In this document: piece by piece, positions 11,421 through 23,414 of the stretch
Position numbering within the stretch: the stretch's first letter is position 1
Layout of the letters: each line of letters opens with the position of its first letter
Origin: Macrostomum lignano
Taxonomy: Eukaryota
Direction of reading: 5' to 3'
Assembly: GCA_002269645.1 (NCBI GenBank)
Contig: NIVC01001284.1
Location: 1 to 64,000, forward strand
Length of the DNA: 64,000 nt
The notes under the pieces: generated by a model
Told to the model about the DNA's origin: nothing
What the model saw: only the letters and a program-made list of their open reading frames with translations
Database searches by the model: none
Made by a program: the position numbers and the translations under genes

Positions 11421-12108
11421 ATGGGCCAAGAACGCCTACTTTTACTGCTAATTCTCTTTGCGATCGGAGTTTACGTTGTCATGGCGACGCCGATGGTGTA
11501 CTCGGCAGTTCGAATGCGCAGCATCTCGACTCCAGCTGCCATGGAGTCGGCGCCAGGACTCGGCAGGATGAAGTGCGCCGAGCTCTGCTCTGTGAGGCCC
11601 GCCTGCTTCGGCTTCAGCTGGCTGCAGGGTCTGTGCCGGCTCTTTGACTGGCTGGCATTCAGCAGCACGGATGGCTGGCAGGTCTCGGAGTCATGCGATG
11701 TGTACGCCAGGATGGTCGGTAAGACGGCATACACCAAGCACTGAGAATTTGACTAACTCTATGCGAATTCATGGTGTGCATTATTCATATTGCTCAAGTT
11801 TTTAAAGGTGGCAGTCGTGGAACAGGTATTTTGACCGCTAATAACTTCCAGACCCGAAGCCGCCAACTTGGCTAAAACTCGAAAGCTGCTCGCAGAGCTC
11901 AACGTCTTGGTTGGGTGTTTGCGGACGAGCAATTGACGGAAACAGGAACCAAGACTACTATGGAGATTCCTGCGCCCACACCAGAAAAAATCTGTTCGAA
12001 TGGTGGGAGGGGCAGCTGGCCGCTCCATCGTTTGTCTCTTACGTCACCATCTACAACCATCTACAGTCTGTACCTGTTTATTTGCGAGATCGAGGCTTAC
12101 ACGCTTAG
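11421..12108 (+). pseudogene. PAN + F-type lectin copy E (internal deletion removes the RxDxxxxR loop)
   Basis: Exon 1 11421-11718 intact; intron 11719-11851; exon 2 is open to ...VTIYN and then jumps out of frame to the 3' end of the domain at 12056-12065. Confidence 0.85.
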
Positions 12109-12623
12109 CTGAACTGGTGGTGGCGAATGGCCTCGGCAACCTCGAGTGCATCTGCTGAATGGAACTGAAAGCAGTGAATTTGAGAAACTGTACTGCTGCA
12201 ATGAAAACCGGAGCAATCAATAGGTTACTCGGGCTCCGCTTTATGAGCTTAAGTTGACAGGCAGGCCCTTTGTGCACACATTAGATGTTTGTTGCAAGTT
12301 CAAAATATTTTTCGCGTGACTTTCGTTTACACAGCAGGACAGCCCGCCAATCACACTCGCTAGCTGTGCATCCTCCTTTTTAGCAAACTCACGACCATAC
12401 TTCCACAGGCAAAATCTGGAAATCAGGCAAGCGGCTTCTTCAGTCTGGAAGAGCGAAATATCAAGCCAATAATCAGTGTCGCTTCTCGCGAGAAAACCTC
12501 AACTCTATAAAGCAACCGTTTGCTTCCGCTGATGTTGGACACTGAAACGCTGACACCAGGTTCTGCTAATCAACTAAAACAGGAGCCAAACCCAAAGGCC
12601 AAATCAAAATCGAATTTTGTAAG

Positions 12624-12902
12624 GAGCAGCTGGCTGCTCCATCGCTTGTCTCTTACGTCACCATCTATAACAGGCAGGACAACAGACCAAAGCAGACTGG
12701 CCGACACAGCGAATTCTCCCTGGACTTGAACGCCGTCGCGTGCAACCGAGTGATCCTGACGGAGTCGTTCTTCGGCGCCAATTTCAGATGCAACGCCAAT
12801 TCAGCAGCCGAGTTTCAGGTTGTTCATCTTTATGAAGAGTCTCTGGACAGTCTGCACTACAATGATTTGACGATTTTCGAGATTGAGGATTATACGCTGT
12901 AA
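12624..12902 (+). pseudogene. Degenerate F-type lectin exon-2 remnant
   Basis: Framework blocks gcagctggctgctccatcgcttgtctcttacgtcaccatc and tgcaaccgagtga, and the end gagattgaggattatacgctgtaa, are recognisable among many indels. Confidence 0.75.
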
Positions 12903-13302
12903 TCAAGGAAGTTATTGCGAGCCAGTTGCGAATATAAAAGCAGAGGAAGAATTATATTGAAATTAGAAAATAAAAGCAACATAGCTGACAGTTTGAGAAT
13001 CCCGATTGACACATTAAAATAATTGACTGTATGAGTTTCCACCAGTATTGAAATCCGAAAAACTAGAGAGGCTCCGCAGTGTAAGGGGTAGGGTCTTCGG
13101 CTTCGAGACTTTCGCTAGCAACTTTCAGGCAGTCGCTTCTTAACCTCTTTTCCCATTGAATTCTTAAACTAATTCAGAGCCTCCGGGAACGCCATCGCAC
13201 AACCTCCAGTTAAAGGTTCTGCCTTTTAACTTCAAGCAAGTACAGTTTCCAGGAAAGGTTTGCTTTGCCATGACCATAAATATACGAGCGTAAAGCTCTT
13301 TG

Positions 13303-13420
13303 GGGTCGCAGATAAAGCTGTTGTAAGCGTAAGTTCGGTCGTACGTCGGAACTTTTACACTACGAAGATAGGAGCTAAGAACGATCTTATCTTACGATGG
13401 CTTAAAAAAATGACTGGCAC
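13303..13420. mobile_element. About 115-bp short TIR element (second copy at 47779-47893, inverted)
   Basis: 13303-13420 is the reverse complement of 47779-47893. That copy has termini GGGCCAGTTCTATAAAGC / GGGTCGTACTATAAAGC. No clear TSD. Confidence 0.6.
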
Positions 13421-13960
13421 TTTACCTGGCTTGATAGTCTATCCAATGGAGCGCAATATCCCAGCTGCTCAACCTGCTCAACCTGCTCCAGCTTCTCCCA
13501 ATGCATGGGATGAGATGCAGCCCGTCAACCTGGCAAACCATGACTGGCACAATCGTTGCTATGGTAACGGTCCCAGATAGAAAATTCCCACAGGGGCTAT
13601 CAAAGAGCCTACGCACCTGTTAGCTAAATCAGATTCTACAGCCTGTGTGTTTTATGCTGAGTTAAAGAGCTGCCAATTTGAAATTTGACGGCTACCACTA
13701 GTTTGAGATGCAGAAGCTATAATAGGGTATTAAGCAAGAAAAGTGATGCCTTAAAGATAAAAGTCTCCACTTTCAGCACACGCACACTGAATCGTATTTT
13801 TGAGGCGTCCATAGAAATACAGCTTGAGTTTTGAGTTCAGGTGTGTGGTCGAGACTAAAGGACACTAGAATAAAAAGGAACTAGATTTTGTCAGTGCTTG
13901 AGACAAGAGCAAAGAGATAATTGAAGCCTGTTCCTTACAAATTAGGTTTTCAACTTGGAA

Positions 13961-14763
13961 ATGCGCCAAAAACGCCTACTTCTACTGCTAATTCTCTTTG
14001 CGATCGCAGTTTCTGTTGTCATGGCGACGCCGATGGTGTACTCGGCAGTTCGAATGCACAGCATCTCGGCTCCAGCTGCCATGGAGTCGGCGCCAGGACT
14101 CGGCAGGATGAAGTGCGCCGAGCTCTGCTCTCTGAGGCCCGCCTGCTTCGGCTTCAGCTGGCTGCAGGGTCTGTGCCGGCTCTTTGACTGGCAGGCGTTC
14201 AGCAGCACGGATGGCTGGCAGGTCTGGGAGTCATGCGATGTGTACACCGGGCCAAAAGGTAAAAACTGCTGTTCACTCTGATGATATGCTTATAGAGCTG
14301 TTACTCACACGAGACCTGATCAAGTCAACCTGCTTCCTCCATCAACATGGCTCTTATAGACTTGAAACGGCTGAAATTTGCTGACTGCCATCAGAGCTCC
14401 ACTGCCTTTATATACAGCGGATTATGCAAGCACGCTATCGACGGAAACAGGAACCAAAACTACTTTAATAATTTGTCCTGCACCCACACGGACCGCAACC
14501 CCTTCGAATGGTGAGAGGGGCAGCTGGCCGCTCCATCGTTTGTCTCTTACGTCACCATCTACAACAGGCAGGACTGCTGTGCTGAGCGACTCAACAAATT
14601 CTCGCTGCAGGTGGACGGCGTCGAGTGCAACCGAGTGAACCTGACGGTGCCGTTCTCCGTGGCCAACTTCAGCTGCAACGCCTTCGGCAGACGAGTTCGA
14701 GTTGTTAACCTTCGTAAACTTCCTGTAACGATTTGCGAGCTTGAGGCCTATACTCTCTACTAA
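13961..14763 (+). pseudogene. PAN + F-type lectin copy F (single nonsense codon)
   Basis: Exon 1 13961-14258; intron 14259-14359; exon 2 14360-14763 is in frame except TGG>TGA at 14512-14514 (EW*EGQ). It retains H...RQDCCAER. Confidence 0.85.
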
Positions 14764-15082
14764 GCAAGCTGTTATTGCAAGTCAGCAGTGATGAATATTG
14801 AAATTTCAATTATATTGAAATTAGAAGATTAAAGCAACACTGATAAAAGTTTGAAAATCTCTATTGACTTCCTAAATAGAATTGACTCTGCTTATGTTCC
14901 TGTCTTCCTGTAACGATTTGCGAGCTTGAGGCCTATACTCTCTACTAAGCAAGCTGTTATTGCAAGTCAGCAGTGATGAATATTGAAATTTCAATTATAT
15001 TGAAATTAGAAGATTAAAGCAACACTGATAAAAGTTTGAAAATCTCTATTGACTTCCTAAATAGAATTGACTCTGCTTATGT
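14720..15082 (+). repeat. About 185-bp direct tandem duplication of the end and 3' flank of copy F
   Basis: ttcctgtaacgatttgcgagc...attgactctgcttatgt occurs at about 14720-14897 and again at about 14906-15082. Confidence 0.9.
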
Positions 15083-17357
15083 GGTGACTGTAGTCGGCTC
15101 GGGACCCTTGTCCATGTCACTATCCAGTTTACCATTTACGCATGGATACGTGAGTCGGAAGGGAGTAACGCGGAAATTGAGTGCTCACCGGTCGATACGA
15201 CAGTCCACAATGTCTGCTTGCCGTTGAGATCACTATTTTGGCTGCAGTATTGCGTGTACAGTTTTGGTCTCTGTCTCAGTCCAAAATCCCAATCCCAATC
15301 TCTAATCTCAAGCACACAAATAGTCCAGCAAGTTTGCAGTGCGCTAGCGGCACTTGCATCAAAAGCTGTGCAACGGATTTTCGGGTATTTTGGCATCTAG
15401 TCAACCACTCATTGTTACATGAACGAAAACACATTCTGTGTCGCGCCGTGCAGAGTTTAATAAACTTCAATCACCAAAGAACAGAAATCCATATTTAAAA
15501 ATAAGAACTTACGAAAAAGAATTCAACACTCGAATTTCTTAGAAATGAGCTGGAGATGCCGGCCTGTCGTACCGAAACCGAAACCGCATTCTCGAGAGCA
15601 TACCAAACGCAGTAATGATACGACAAATATACGTTCCTTACCAGACTCTGGCTCGTTTCCAAGAAACTGTTGTGTAGGGTTCTTCCACTTCAGTTATTCA
15701 AGTGACCCGCAGCCCTGTCACCAGGTGTTTTAATGACAGAACTTGTGAAACCAGACTAACCTGCCAGACATACCATGTTGTCTTATACATACTCCAGGGC
15801 TGGCTGCGGTGCGGTGAGGACCTGCTTCCGAGAAGGTTTTGAGTAAGGTTAAAGTGAAGTCAAACAGATCTATGAATTGCGGAGCTTTTACCAATCCTAG
15901 AATGAGTTTCGCTTCTTGGAAATGATTCTGGATGGCACTGCGACAGTGGTTGCCTTCATCAAATAGTTTTTTAAAGAAATTTAAGCCGAGCAAAGATGAT
16001 CTTATAAAGCATCTGCCTGATTCAAGGGCGCAGTGGAAGCGGGACTTAAGGGCTTGTTGGAGTTGTTATGGAGAGGCCTCGGCAATGCCAAGATGAGGGA
16101 ATTAAAACCATCATCGAAACGTTTTTTGTCGCGATGCTTGACCGCATCCTGTTGCGCTCTCGCTTGTGTTTGCTCAGAGCAGCTCCCAATCTGCGATTTA
16201 GGCCACTTTGAATAACGGGTGAAGGCCGTTGCTGCAAAAACACAGCAATGAGCACCGCCATGCGATGTAAGTACGCGTACAGGTGATGCAAGCGTCACTG
16301 CTGTCAGAAATGCTGAAGTGGAACCAATCCATTGCTAGCTTTTTCAGGCAAGAATGCAGCCAGAAACAATTTTGTCGCTTTTACAAGATATTCAATTCTT
16401 TAGACAAATTTTTGGTAATTCTCGTATGAATAAAAAGTTATATAAGACTTTTATCAATTGTCGAATTTGAGCAGTCTGTAAACGTGGAGTCTGCAAATTG
16501 AGGATAATATTTACACTTTTACTTTCAATAAGCTAAACTCAAGCTGCATCTATCACAAGCATTTTTATTCCAACCCGCCATTTTTGTTTTAAACGCACTG
16601 GGTTCTCTAGACTTATCGTAGTCCAAGCTTTGAATTATGTAGATTCACAAGTGGCTCGCTTTTTCCTTGTCATGTGAGCTAGTCACGTGATAAGCCTTTT
16701 TTTCTGGGCTTTTCCTGGAAACTTGTTTATGGCAGAGCTCACGGACTTCGGCGCCCTTGCCTTATAAGCCATGTAATTGACATCAGTTGCTCAAAATAGA
16801 TACCACGTGAGTTTCTCACGTGATATCTTGCTTGGCACTTGCGCAATCAGCTCCTCGGTCTAGAAATCCGGACCCCATCAGGCTCGTTTCCGTAAATTGT
16901 CTTCCTTCCCCTTTCTCATCCTCGAGTATCTGTTTAAGAGTCCTCGATTGTACTGCTTGTTGTGACTCAGTTCCCGTTCGAAACCTAGACAACCGACGAG
17001 GGTCTGCTGACTAGGTGGTGGTTTGGAGTTGCAATTTTGGACGGTGTGCTCAATTCGTCCGTCTTCGTTAGCTATTTCTCCGTTCTGTTGGGCCCTCACC
17101 TCATTGGATACTCAGACCCGAAGGAAAGTCTGCTGGCAGCACAACTGCCCGACGTTACTATCAAAGACTTCGGATTTGAGCCGCCTCACCCACAGGAAGT
17201 TGAGTTATTCTGCGGACAACAAGAGGTACAACATATTATATATTTCAGCCAATGACTTTGCTTGCTTCAATGGCTACCCCTCCTCCGTTATATAGTAGTG
17301 TCGATGATTTCCAAAAATGACTCGCATGGAGCAACTGATCAAAATTTCTAGTAAACC

Positions 17358-17941
17358 ATGAGGGCAATCCTGCTGCTTTTTCTATTGTTTGCGTTCGGCC
17401 TTTCGGTTGTCATGGCGACGCAAAGCATGTACGCGGCTGTTAAAAAGTGGAGCCTGTCGAAAATCCGTGAGCTGTACAATTACGAGTGTATTCATTTAAA
17501 TCTCTAAATCTCCAAGCAAAAGTATGACTGTCACTTCCAGAGTTGCGGCGAACAAATCGTCTATCTTTTGATGGCTGCACGCAGAGCTCAACCTTGGGTC
17601 CTTACCGTTGTGGCCGGGCAGTAGACGGAAACCGAAACCAAGACTCATACTCAGGTGCCTGCTCTCACACCAATAAAAACCCGTTCGAATGGTGGGAGGG
17701 GCAGATGGTCGCTCCATCGTTTGTCTCTTACGTCACCATCTACAACAGGCAGAACTGCTGCCCTGGCTGTCTCAACGAGTTCTCGCTGCAGGTGAATGGC
17801 GTCGAGTGCAACCGAGTGAACCTGACGGTGCCGTTCTCCGTGGCCAACTTCAGCTGCGACTCGTTCGGCAGCCGAGTTCGGGTGACAAACCTGCTCAGCC
17901 AGTTCCTGACCATTTGCGAGATTGAGGCTTACACGCTGTAG
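17358..17941 (+). CDS. Secreted single-domain F-type lectin, copy A' (intact, no PAN domain)
   Basis: Exon 1 17358-17466 (109 nt), intron 17467-17540, exon 2 17541-17941 (401 nt). AVDGN, SHT, WWEGQ, NRQNCCPGCL, ICEIEAYTL*. Confidence 0.85.
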
Positions 17942-19154
17942 CTGAGCTCGTCTCGATGTCAACTCAAAGAACTCAAAACAGTAAAGCAGCATTGTAACTA
18001 ACGCGAAGATCATAGAAAACACGTTTATCAAATATTTCAAGCATGCAGAGTAGAAATTAACTGTTAAACCTGGGCAGTATTATTTCATTTAGGCAGTATG
18101 TCTGATGATATTTGAACCGTCAAAAAGTATAATAGCTTCAAGTCTCTAAGCGGCAGTTTTCGAAGTACCGGTCTGAATGTTCTTGCTGCAAAATTTCCTA
18201 CTTGCAAAATGCTTAATTCAAAGGTACGAGTATTGACCGTAATGCAACAGTAGATTGTAACTCTGTAATTTTCGACAGTTTCTGCCTGACCAGGTAGCTG
18301 CAGTCCGTGCTGTCGTGTAACTCCTTTAAATCTGTTTGCGGCTAGTGATGTCGGTAGTTTATGCACGTGTCTTTTATATTGAGTTGGTCAATGGTGAGAG
18401 CAACTCGGAGTCGATCTGAGCAACGTGCGTTTTTATTGTGTTGTCTGATGCTATAGACAGTGGTATTCAACTCTGCGCCCGTTAACTTTGATCACTTTGT
18501 CAGGATTGGCGCCTAGGAAACGGAGATTTACGCATTAGTTTCAAAATGTCAGCGGTAATTCGATTGGCCAAACAGGGGTGTTTCTTAAAACAGCAACTAC
18601 CTTTCACTGGGTAGACTTAAAGCAATATTGGCTTCGAATTTCAATAAATCTGATACAGTTTTATTCACTCTATTACTTACAGCAGATAGTTTAGCGAATT
18701 ACTAAATACTCATACTCAATACAAGATATTTCATCTACTTCTGCCGCTTCCCATTGCTTTTGTTGAGTATCCGTCGTCATGGCGACAAAAACCCCGCGCA
18801 CGGCTGTCACCAATAATATTTGACAGTTAAAAATTTGCTTGTTCCTTCTAAAAGCTTTGCACCCATTAAATGTAGTCAGCCTAAAAACATTTTTCTCGTG
18901 ACCTGTCGTTTACACAGCAAGACAGCCCGCCAATCTCACACTAACTAGCTGGTGTATCTTCCTTCTTTGTAGAGCAAACTCACGGCCATGCTTCCATGCA
19001 TGGGCAAAGTCAAAATGAAGCAAGCGGCTTGCCTAGTCTGGAAGAGGGATAGATCGTGCCAATAATCACAGACGTCGCTCACTACGAAAAAACCTCAACT
19101 CTTAAAATCGACGTGAAACTGAACACTGACACCTGCAGCTTCTGCTAGCTAAAG

Positions 19155-19975
19155 ATGAAGCTAATTCTGCTGCTGCTGCTGCTATGCTCTACATGGGAAG
19201 TTTCGTTTGCCATGAGCATCCACATCCAATTCATGGCAGTCAAACTGCGCAGCAACTCGACTCCATTTGCCATGGAGACCCTGCCTGGCAGAGATTCAAT
19301 GAACTGCGCCACGCTCTGCGCTTTGAGGCCCACCTGCTTCGGCTTCAGCTGGCTGCAGGGTCTGTGCCGACTCTCTGACTGGCTGGCGTTCAGCAGCACG
19401 GATGGCTGGCAGGCCTCGGAGTCATGTGACGTGTACACCAGGATTGTCGGTAAGATGTTATGCACTAGTATTAGGAACTTGACTAATTCACTCTGTGCAA
19501 ATTTATAGTGTGCCTAAATTGAACGCGACAATTAAGCTCGTGGTAACATTATTTTGACCGCAAATAACTTCCAGACTCACAGCCACAAACTCAGCTGAAG
19601 CTCGAAAGCTGCTCGCAGAGTTCAACGCACGGGTCGAACGTTTGCGGACGAGCAATTGACGGAAACAGGAACCAAGACTACTATGGAGATTCCTGCGCCC
19701 ACACCGAAAACAACCCGTTCGAATGGTGGGAGGGGCAGCTGGCCGCTCCATCGTTTGTCTCTTACGTCACCATCTACAACAGGCAGGACTGCTGCACTAA
19801 TTGGCTAAAAATATTCTCGCTGCAGGTGGACGGCGTCGAGTGCAACCGAGTGAACCTGACGGTGCCGTTCTCCGTGGCCAACTTTAGCTGCAACGCCTTC
19901 GGTAGACAAGTTCGGGTGACGAACCTGCGCACCGGGTACCTTACCATTTGCGAGATCGAGGCTTACAGGCTGTAG
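19155..19975 (+). CDS. Secreted PAN/Apple + F-type lectin, copy B' (intact; second binding Arg replaced by Trp)
   Basis: Exon 1 19155-19449 (295 nt), intron 19450-19574, exon 2 19575-19975 (401 nt). CAHT...NRQDCCTNWL...YLTICEIEAYRL*. Confidence 0.88.
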
Positions 19976-20461
19976 CTGAGCTGGTGGCGAATGGCCTCAG
20001 CGACCTGCACAATGGAACTGCAAGCTGTAATTTTGAGAAACTGAACGGCTGTGATATGAAAACAGGAGCAATCAATAAAAGTTTAAGAACCTTCTGCAGA
20101 AACTTTCAAGCATTCAAAAATGAGTATGCCTTGCAGATTGGAAGTTCAAGTATTTTTGCTTTTTAGTTTATGGGACCCCAAAAAGCATTTAGCAAGTCGA
20201 ATCGGTTTTCAAATCAAACAGCACTGACATATTTTTATAAGTTTGAAGCCCTTCGTGTCGATGTTCCGTGTGGATACTTTCAATTTGATCCATAAAGCGG
20301 GCTGCTGATGGAGAAGGGCCATCGCTCCACTACACTGAATCGGGTTGCTTCTCTTCATCGGTAGATTTCTAGAGATATCATCTCGAAATTGATTAAGTAA
20401 TTTTTTATTCTACCTTAAGGACGCAAGACAGAATCCAAATCGAATTGTGGGAGGCGCATCA

Positions 20462-20605
20462 GGCCGCTCCATCGTTTGTATCTTACTCTTACGTCACCAT
20501 CTATAACAGACTGGCCGATTCAACGAGTTCTCCTTGCGCATGAACTGCAGCGAGTGCAACCGAGTGAGCCATTATCAGTGGCTGATTATACATGCAACGC
20601 TTTCG
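20462..20605 (+). pseudogene. Short degenerate F-type lectin remnant
   Basis: ggccgctccatcgtttgt...ttacgtcaccatctataacag...gagtgcaaccgagtgagcc framework pieces with indels. Confidence 0.65.
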
Positions 20606-20980
20606 GCAATCTTGTCTTATCTTGCTTCGCCTTTTGCCATATTGAGGCGTGGCAATCTTCAGTCCACTTAAATCTGATGGCTGCAACTATTTTACCCTGT
20701 TATTGCTGTTAAGCATACAGCCGCCCAAGCTGCAACCGCCCGACCTTCACCAGAGAGCAGTTCACTTGGATGTTGTTTAAACAGTTGCACCGGGTCGTGA
20801 GTCCGGTGCCGCTTTGCAAGAGGGGGGGGGTTCCTCGTACGTTTGTGCGAGCTCCCTCCTTAAGCGGTATTTCGTGTCTATAGACTAAGTATAATAAATA
20901 TAGGATATAATAACTATAGGATATATAAAAGCTCGCATACCCAATGTTCTTTTTACGTATTCATACCACTTTAACTTGAG

Positions 20981-21555
20981 AGGGTGGTTAGAGCGTCGGA
21001 CACACCACTTGTAGGTCGTGGGTTCGATTCCTGATCCCACTAGAAGCAATTTGTGTCCTTGAGCAAGATACTGAACTCTGGGGATAGCGACGTTTGCCAG
21101 CCGACGTTTGCCAGTCGACGTTTGCCAGCCGACGTTTGCCAGCCGACGTTTGCAGGCGGCAATTGGTTAAAGAATTATGCCCTCTCTAGGCTTACATGTA
21201 CTTGCATTTGAAAACAGCAGACATAGCACCAATCTAATCCCACCTTGCTCCCTACTACTGCTACTAAATATACAGGTTACTAACAAACACTGCTCACTAG
21301 AACCCTCTTCGTCTTCTCGATATTTTTGGTAGGTTTTAGTAACAGGTACCAAAGAACTCTGCATTGCTTCAGTCCACCCAGCTGTAAAATGGGTGCCAGT
21401 CGTATTAGTTGGGGTAATTGAGGGTGGATGTGGCGACCCCCCAGTCCTCGGACTGAACAGCCGTACGCAGCCTTCAGATGCACCGCGCAATAGCTGCGGC
21501 TGAGCTGTCGGTTGCACATCTGTCCATTAGGGCAGGTGTAATAGATTATTATTAA
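20981..21555 (+). mobile_element. SINE family 1 with a nested 273-bp insertion (21081-21353) flanked by TSD GAACTCTG
   Basis: GGTGGTTAGAGC and GGTTCGATTCC boxes; TSD at 21073-21080 and 21354-21361; the insert begins with (CCGACGTTTGCCAG)n; (ATT)n-like tail near 21545. Confidence 0.8.
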
Positions 21556-21577
21556 TATCTTACTGTAACTTACCCGT

Positions 21578-21847
21578 GTACACAGCAGTATCACAGTACA
21601 CAGCAGTATCACAGTACACAGCATCCAGTATCACAGTACACAGCAGTATCACAGTACACAGCAGTATCACACAGTACACAGCATGCAGTATCACAGTACA
21701 CAGCAGTATCACAGTACACAGCAGTATCACAGTACACAGCAGTATCACAGTACACAGCAGTATCACAGTACACAGCAGTATCACAGTACACAGCAGTATC
21801 ACAGTACACAGCAGTATCACAGTACACAGCAGTATCACAGTACACAG
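21578..21847. repeat. 18-bp minisatellite (CACAGCAGTATCACAGTA)n
   Basis: Direct reading; it explains the HSSITV, STQQYH and AVYCDT repeat ORFs. Confidence 0.95.
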
Positions 21848-22250
21848 CACACACCTGCAACGGCTGCGGACAGTTGCGACTCCAATCACCAGAGTACATA
21901 TCATGCCTTACATGAGACCCAAGATTTAAAAGCGCTGAATAAAACAAATTAACCATGCAAGACTAAGAAAACAAATTAAATATTGCAATGCCACATGTTA
22001 TGTAATCAGCTCGACACTTTCAAAAGTTTCCTAAAATTTGACTTCCTGGCCGTAATAGTAGCTAGCTAAATGTTAAAATTTGAGATAGCTTAATGTTTGC
22101 AGTATTTGATGTTATTCGATTGTACGAGCGCACTTGTTCTTTGATGGCGAGCTGTAAACACCACTGCCTATGTTTCCATATTGGATTCGATTTGCATCCG
22201 CATTCCGCACTGAGCCGCTGACATACATGAGGCTCCAGCGTTCGCCTAAA

Positions 22251-22942
22251 GGCAGCTGAAGTTGGCCACGGAGAACGGCACCGTCAGGCTCACTCGGTTG
22301 CACTCGACGCCGTCCACCTGCAGCGAGAATTTGTTGAGTCACTCAGTGCAGCAGTCCTATCTGTTGTAGATGGTGACGTAAGAGACAAGCGATGGAGCGG
22401 CCAGCTGCCCCTCCCACCAATCCGACGACATCGTCGTCGGCATTGCTTCAGGACAGATGCATGAAGATTTGGTCCCTGTTTCCCTGTTTCCATCGATAGC
22501 TCGTTCGCAGAATCCGCCTCTTGTGGAGCTCTGGTTGCAGCCAGCAAGGCTGGGCTGGACGGGTCCTGTTGAGTTGCAATGGCGTCATCGAGTTACTGTC
22601 ACTTGATTTCATTTCTTAAACAACTATGCAATCAATATACTTACGTATTATAGTCATGGTGTACACGTTGCATGACTCCGAGACCTGCCAGCCACCCGTG
22701 CTGATGAATGCCAGCCAGTCAAAGAGCCGGCACAGACCCTGCAGCCAGCTGAAGCCGAAGCAGGCAGGCCTCACAGAGCAGAGCTCGGCGCATTCCAACC
22801 TGCCGAGTCCTGGCGCTGACTCCATGGCAGCTGGAGCCGAGATGCTGTGCAGCTTTACGGCAGCAAACATGATTTGGGATGTCATGACAGCCGAGAATGC
22901 GAGTCCAGACAGAGACAGCAGCAGGAGTGGACATTGCCTTAT
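22251..22942 (-). pseudogene. Inverted PAN + F-type lectin copy G (disrupted)
   Basis: Start ATG>ATA at 22942-22940 (cttgaaacATAAGG versus cttgaaacATGAGG in copy C); PAN exon intact; donor region altered. The lectin exon has CAG>TAG, CGA>TGA, a duplicated ggaaacagg and a truncated 3' end. Confidence 0.85.
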
Positions 22943-23414
22943 GTTTCAAGACTTACCTCGCACCTGGGTTGATTGAGACTTGTGGAAAATCTTCGCTGTG
23001 TTTCTCCTAGTAAAAATCTATTCGTGAGTGAAGACTAAGAAAGTCGAATACGAAATGGCAAAAGAAGTGAAGACAAACAATGTCCGGGATCCAATTGGCT
23101 ATTGTCCTAGCATAATTTGTTCGAAGTCGGTGTCAAAGAAAGCTGCTTGCTATGTTTGCCCTGTATACGGTAGCTCATATGCCAAACCGGTCTCCCTTGG
23201 CTTGAATTTCTGAATTCACCCCATTGATATATAGACATTGTTTCTACTTTCTTGTGCTTTAATTTCTTTTTAGGGTGGTGGGTCTTGACAAACCAGGAAC
23301 TGTTTGACAAGTACAAACAAGTAAGGCTTCATAACCAGCTGATATTGTTGTTTGCATACAATTTGAGAAAATTGCATATCTAGCAGCTTCTACATACGCT
23401 CGCACATGTAAATG

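Larger units (their letters stand above)
15299..20390. repeat. Segmental duplication, copy 2 (partner 1-4530)
   Basis: Collinear match to 1-4530 with an extra segment at about 16285-16830. Weaker collinear similarity continues (4530-8000 versus 20390-25440). Confidence 0.95.

Noticed and set aside
21560-21956. Cys/His-rich repeat proteins (AVYCDT, HSTQQY)
   Set aside because: Translations of an 18-bp tandem repeat.
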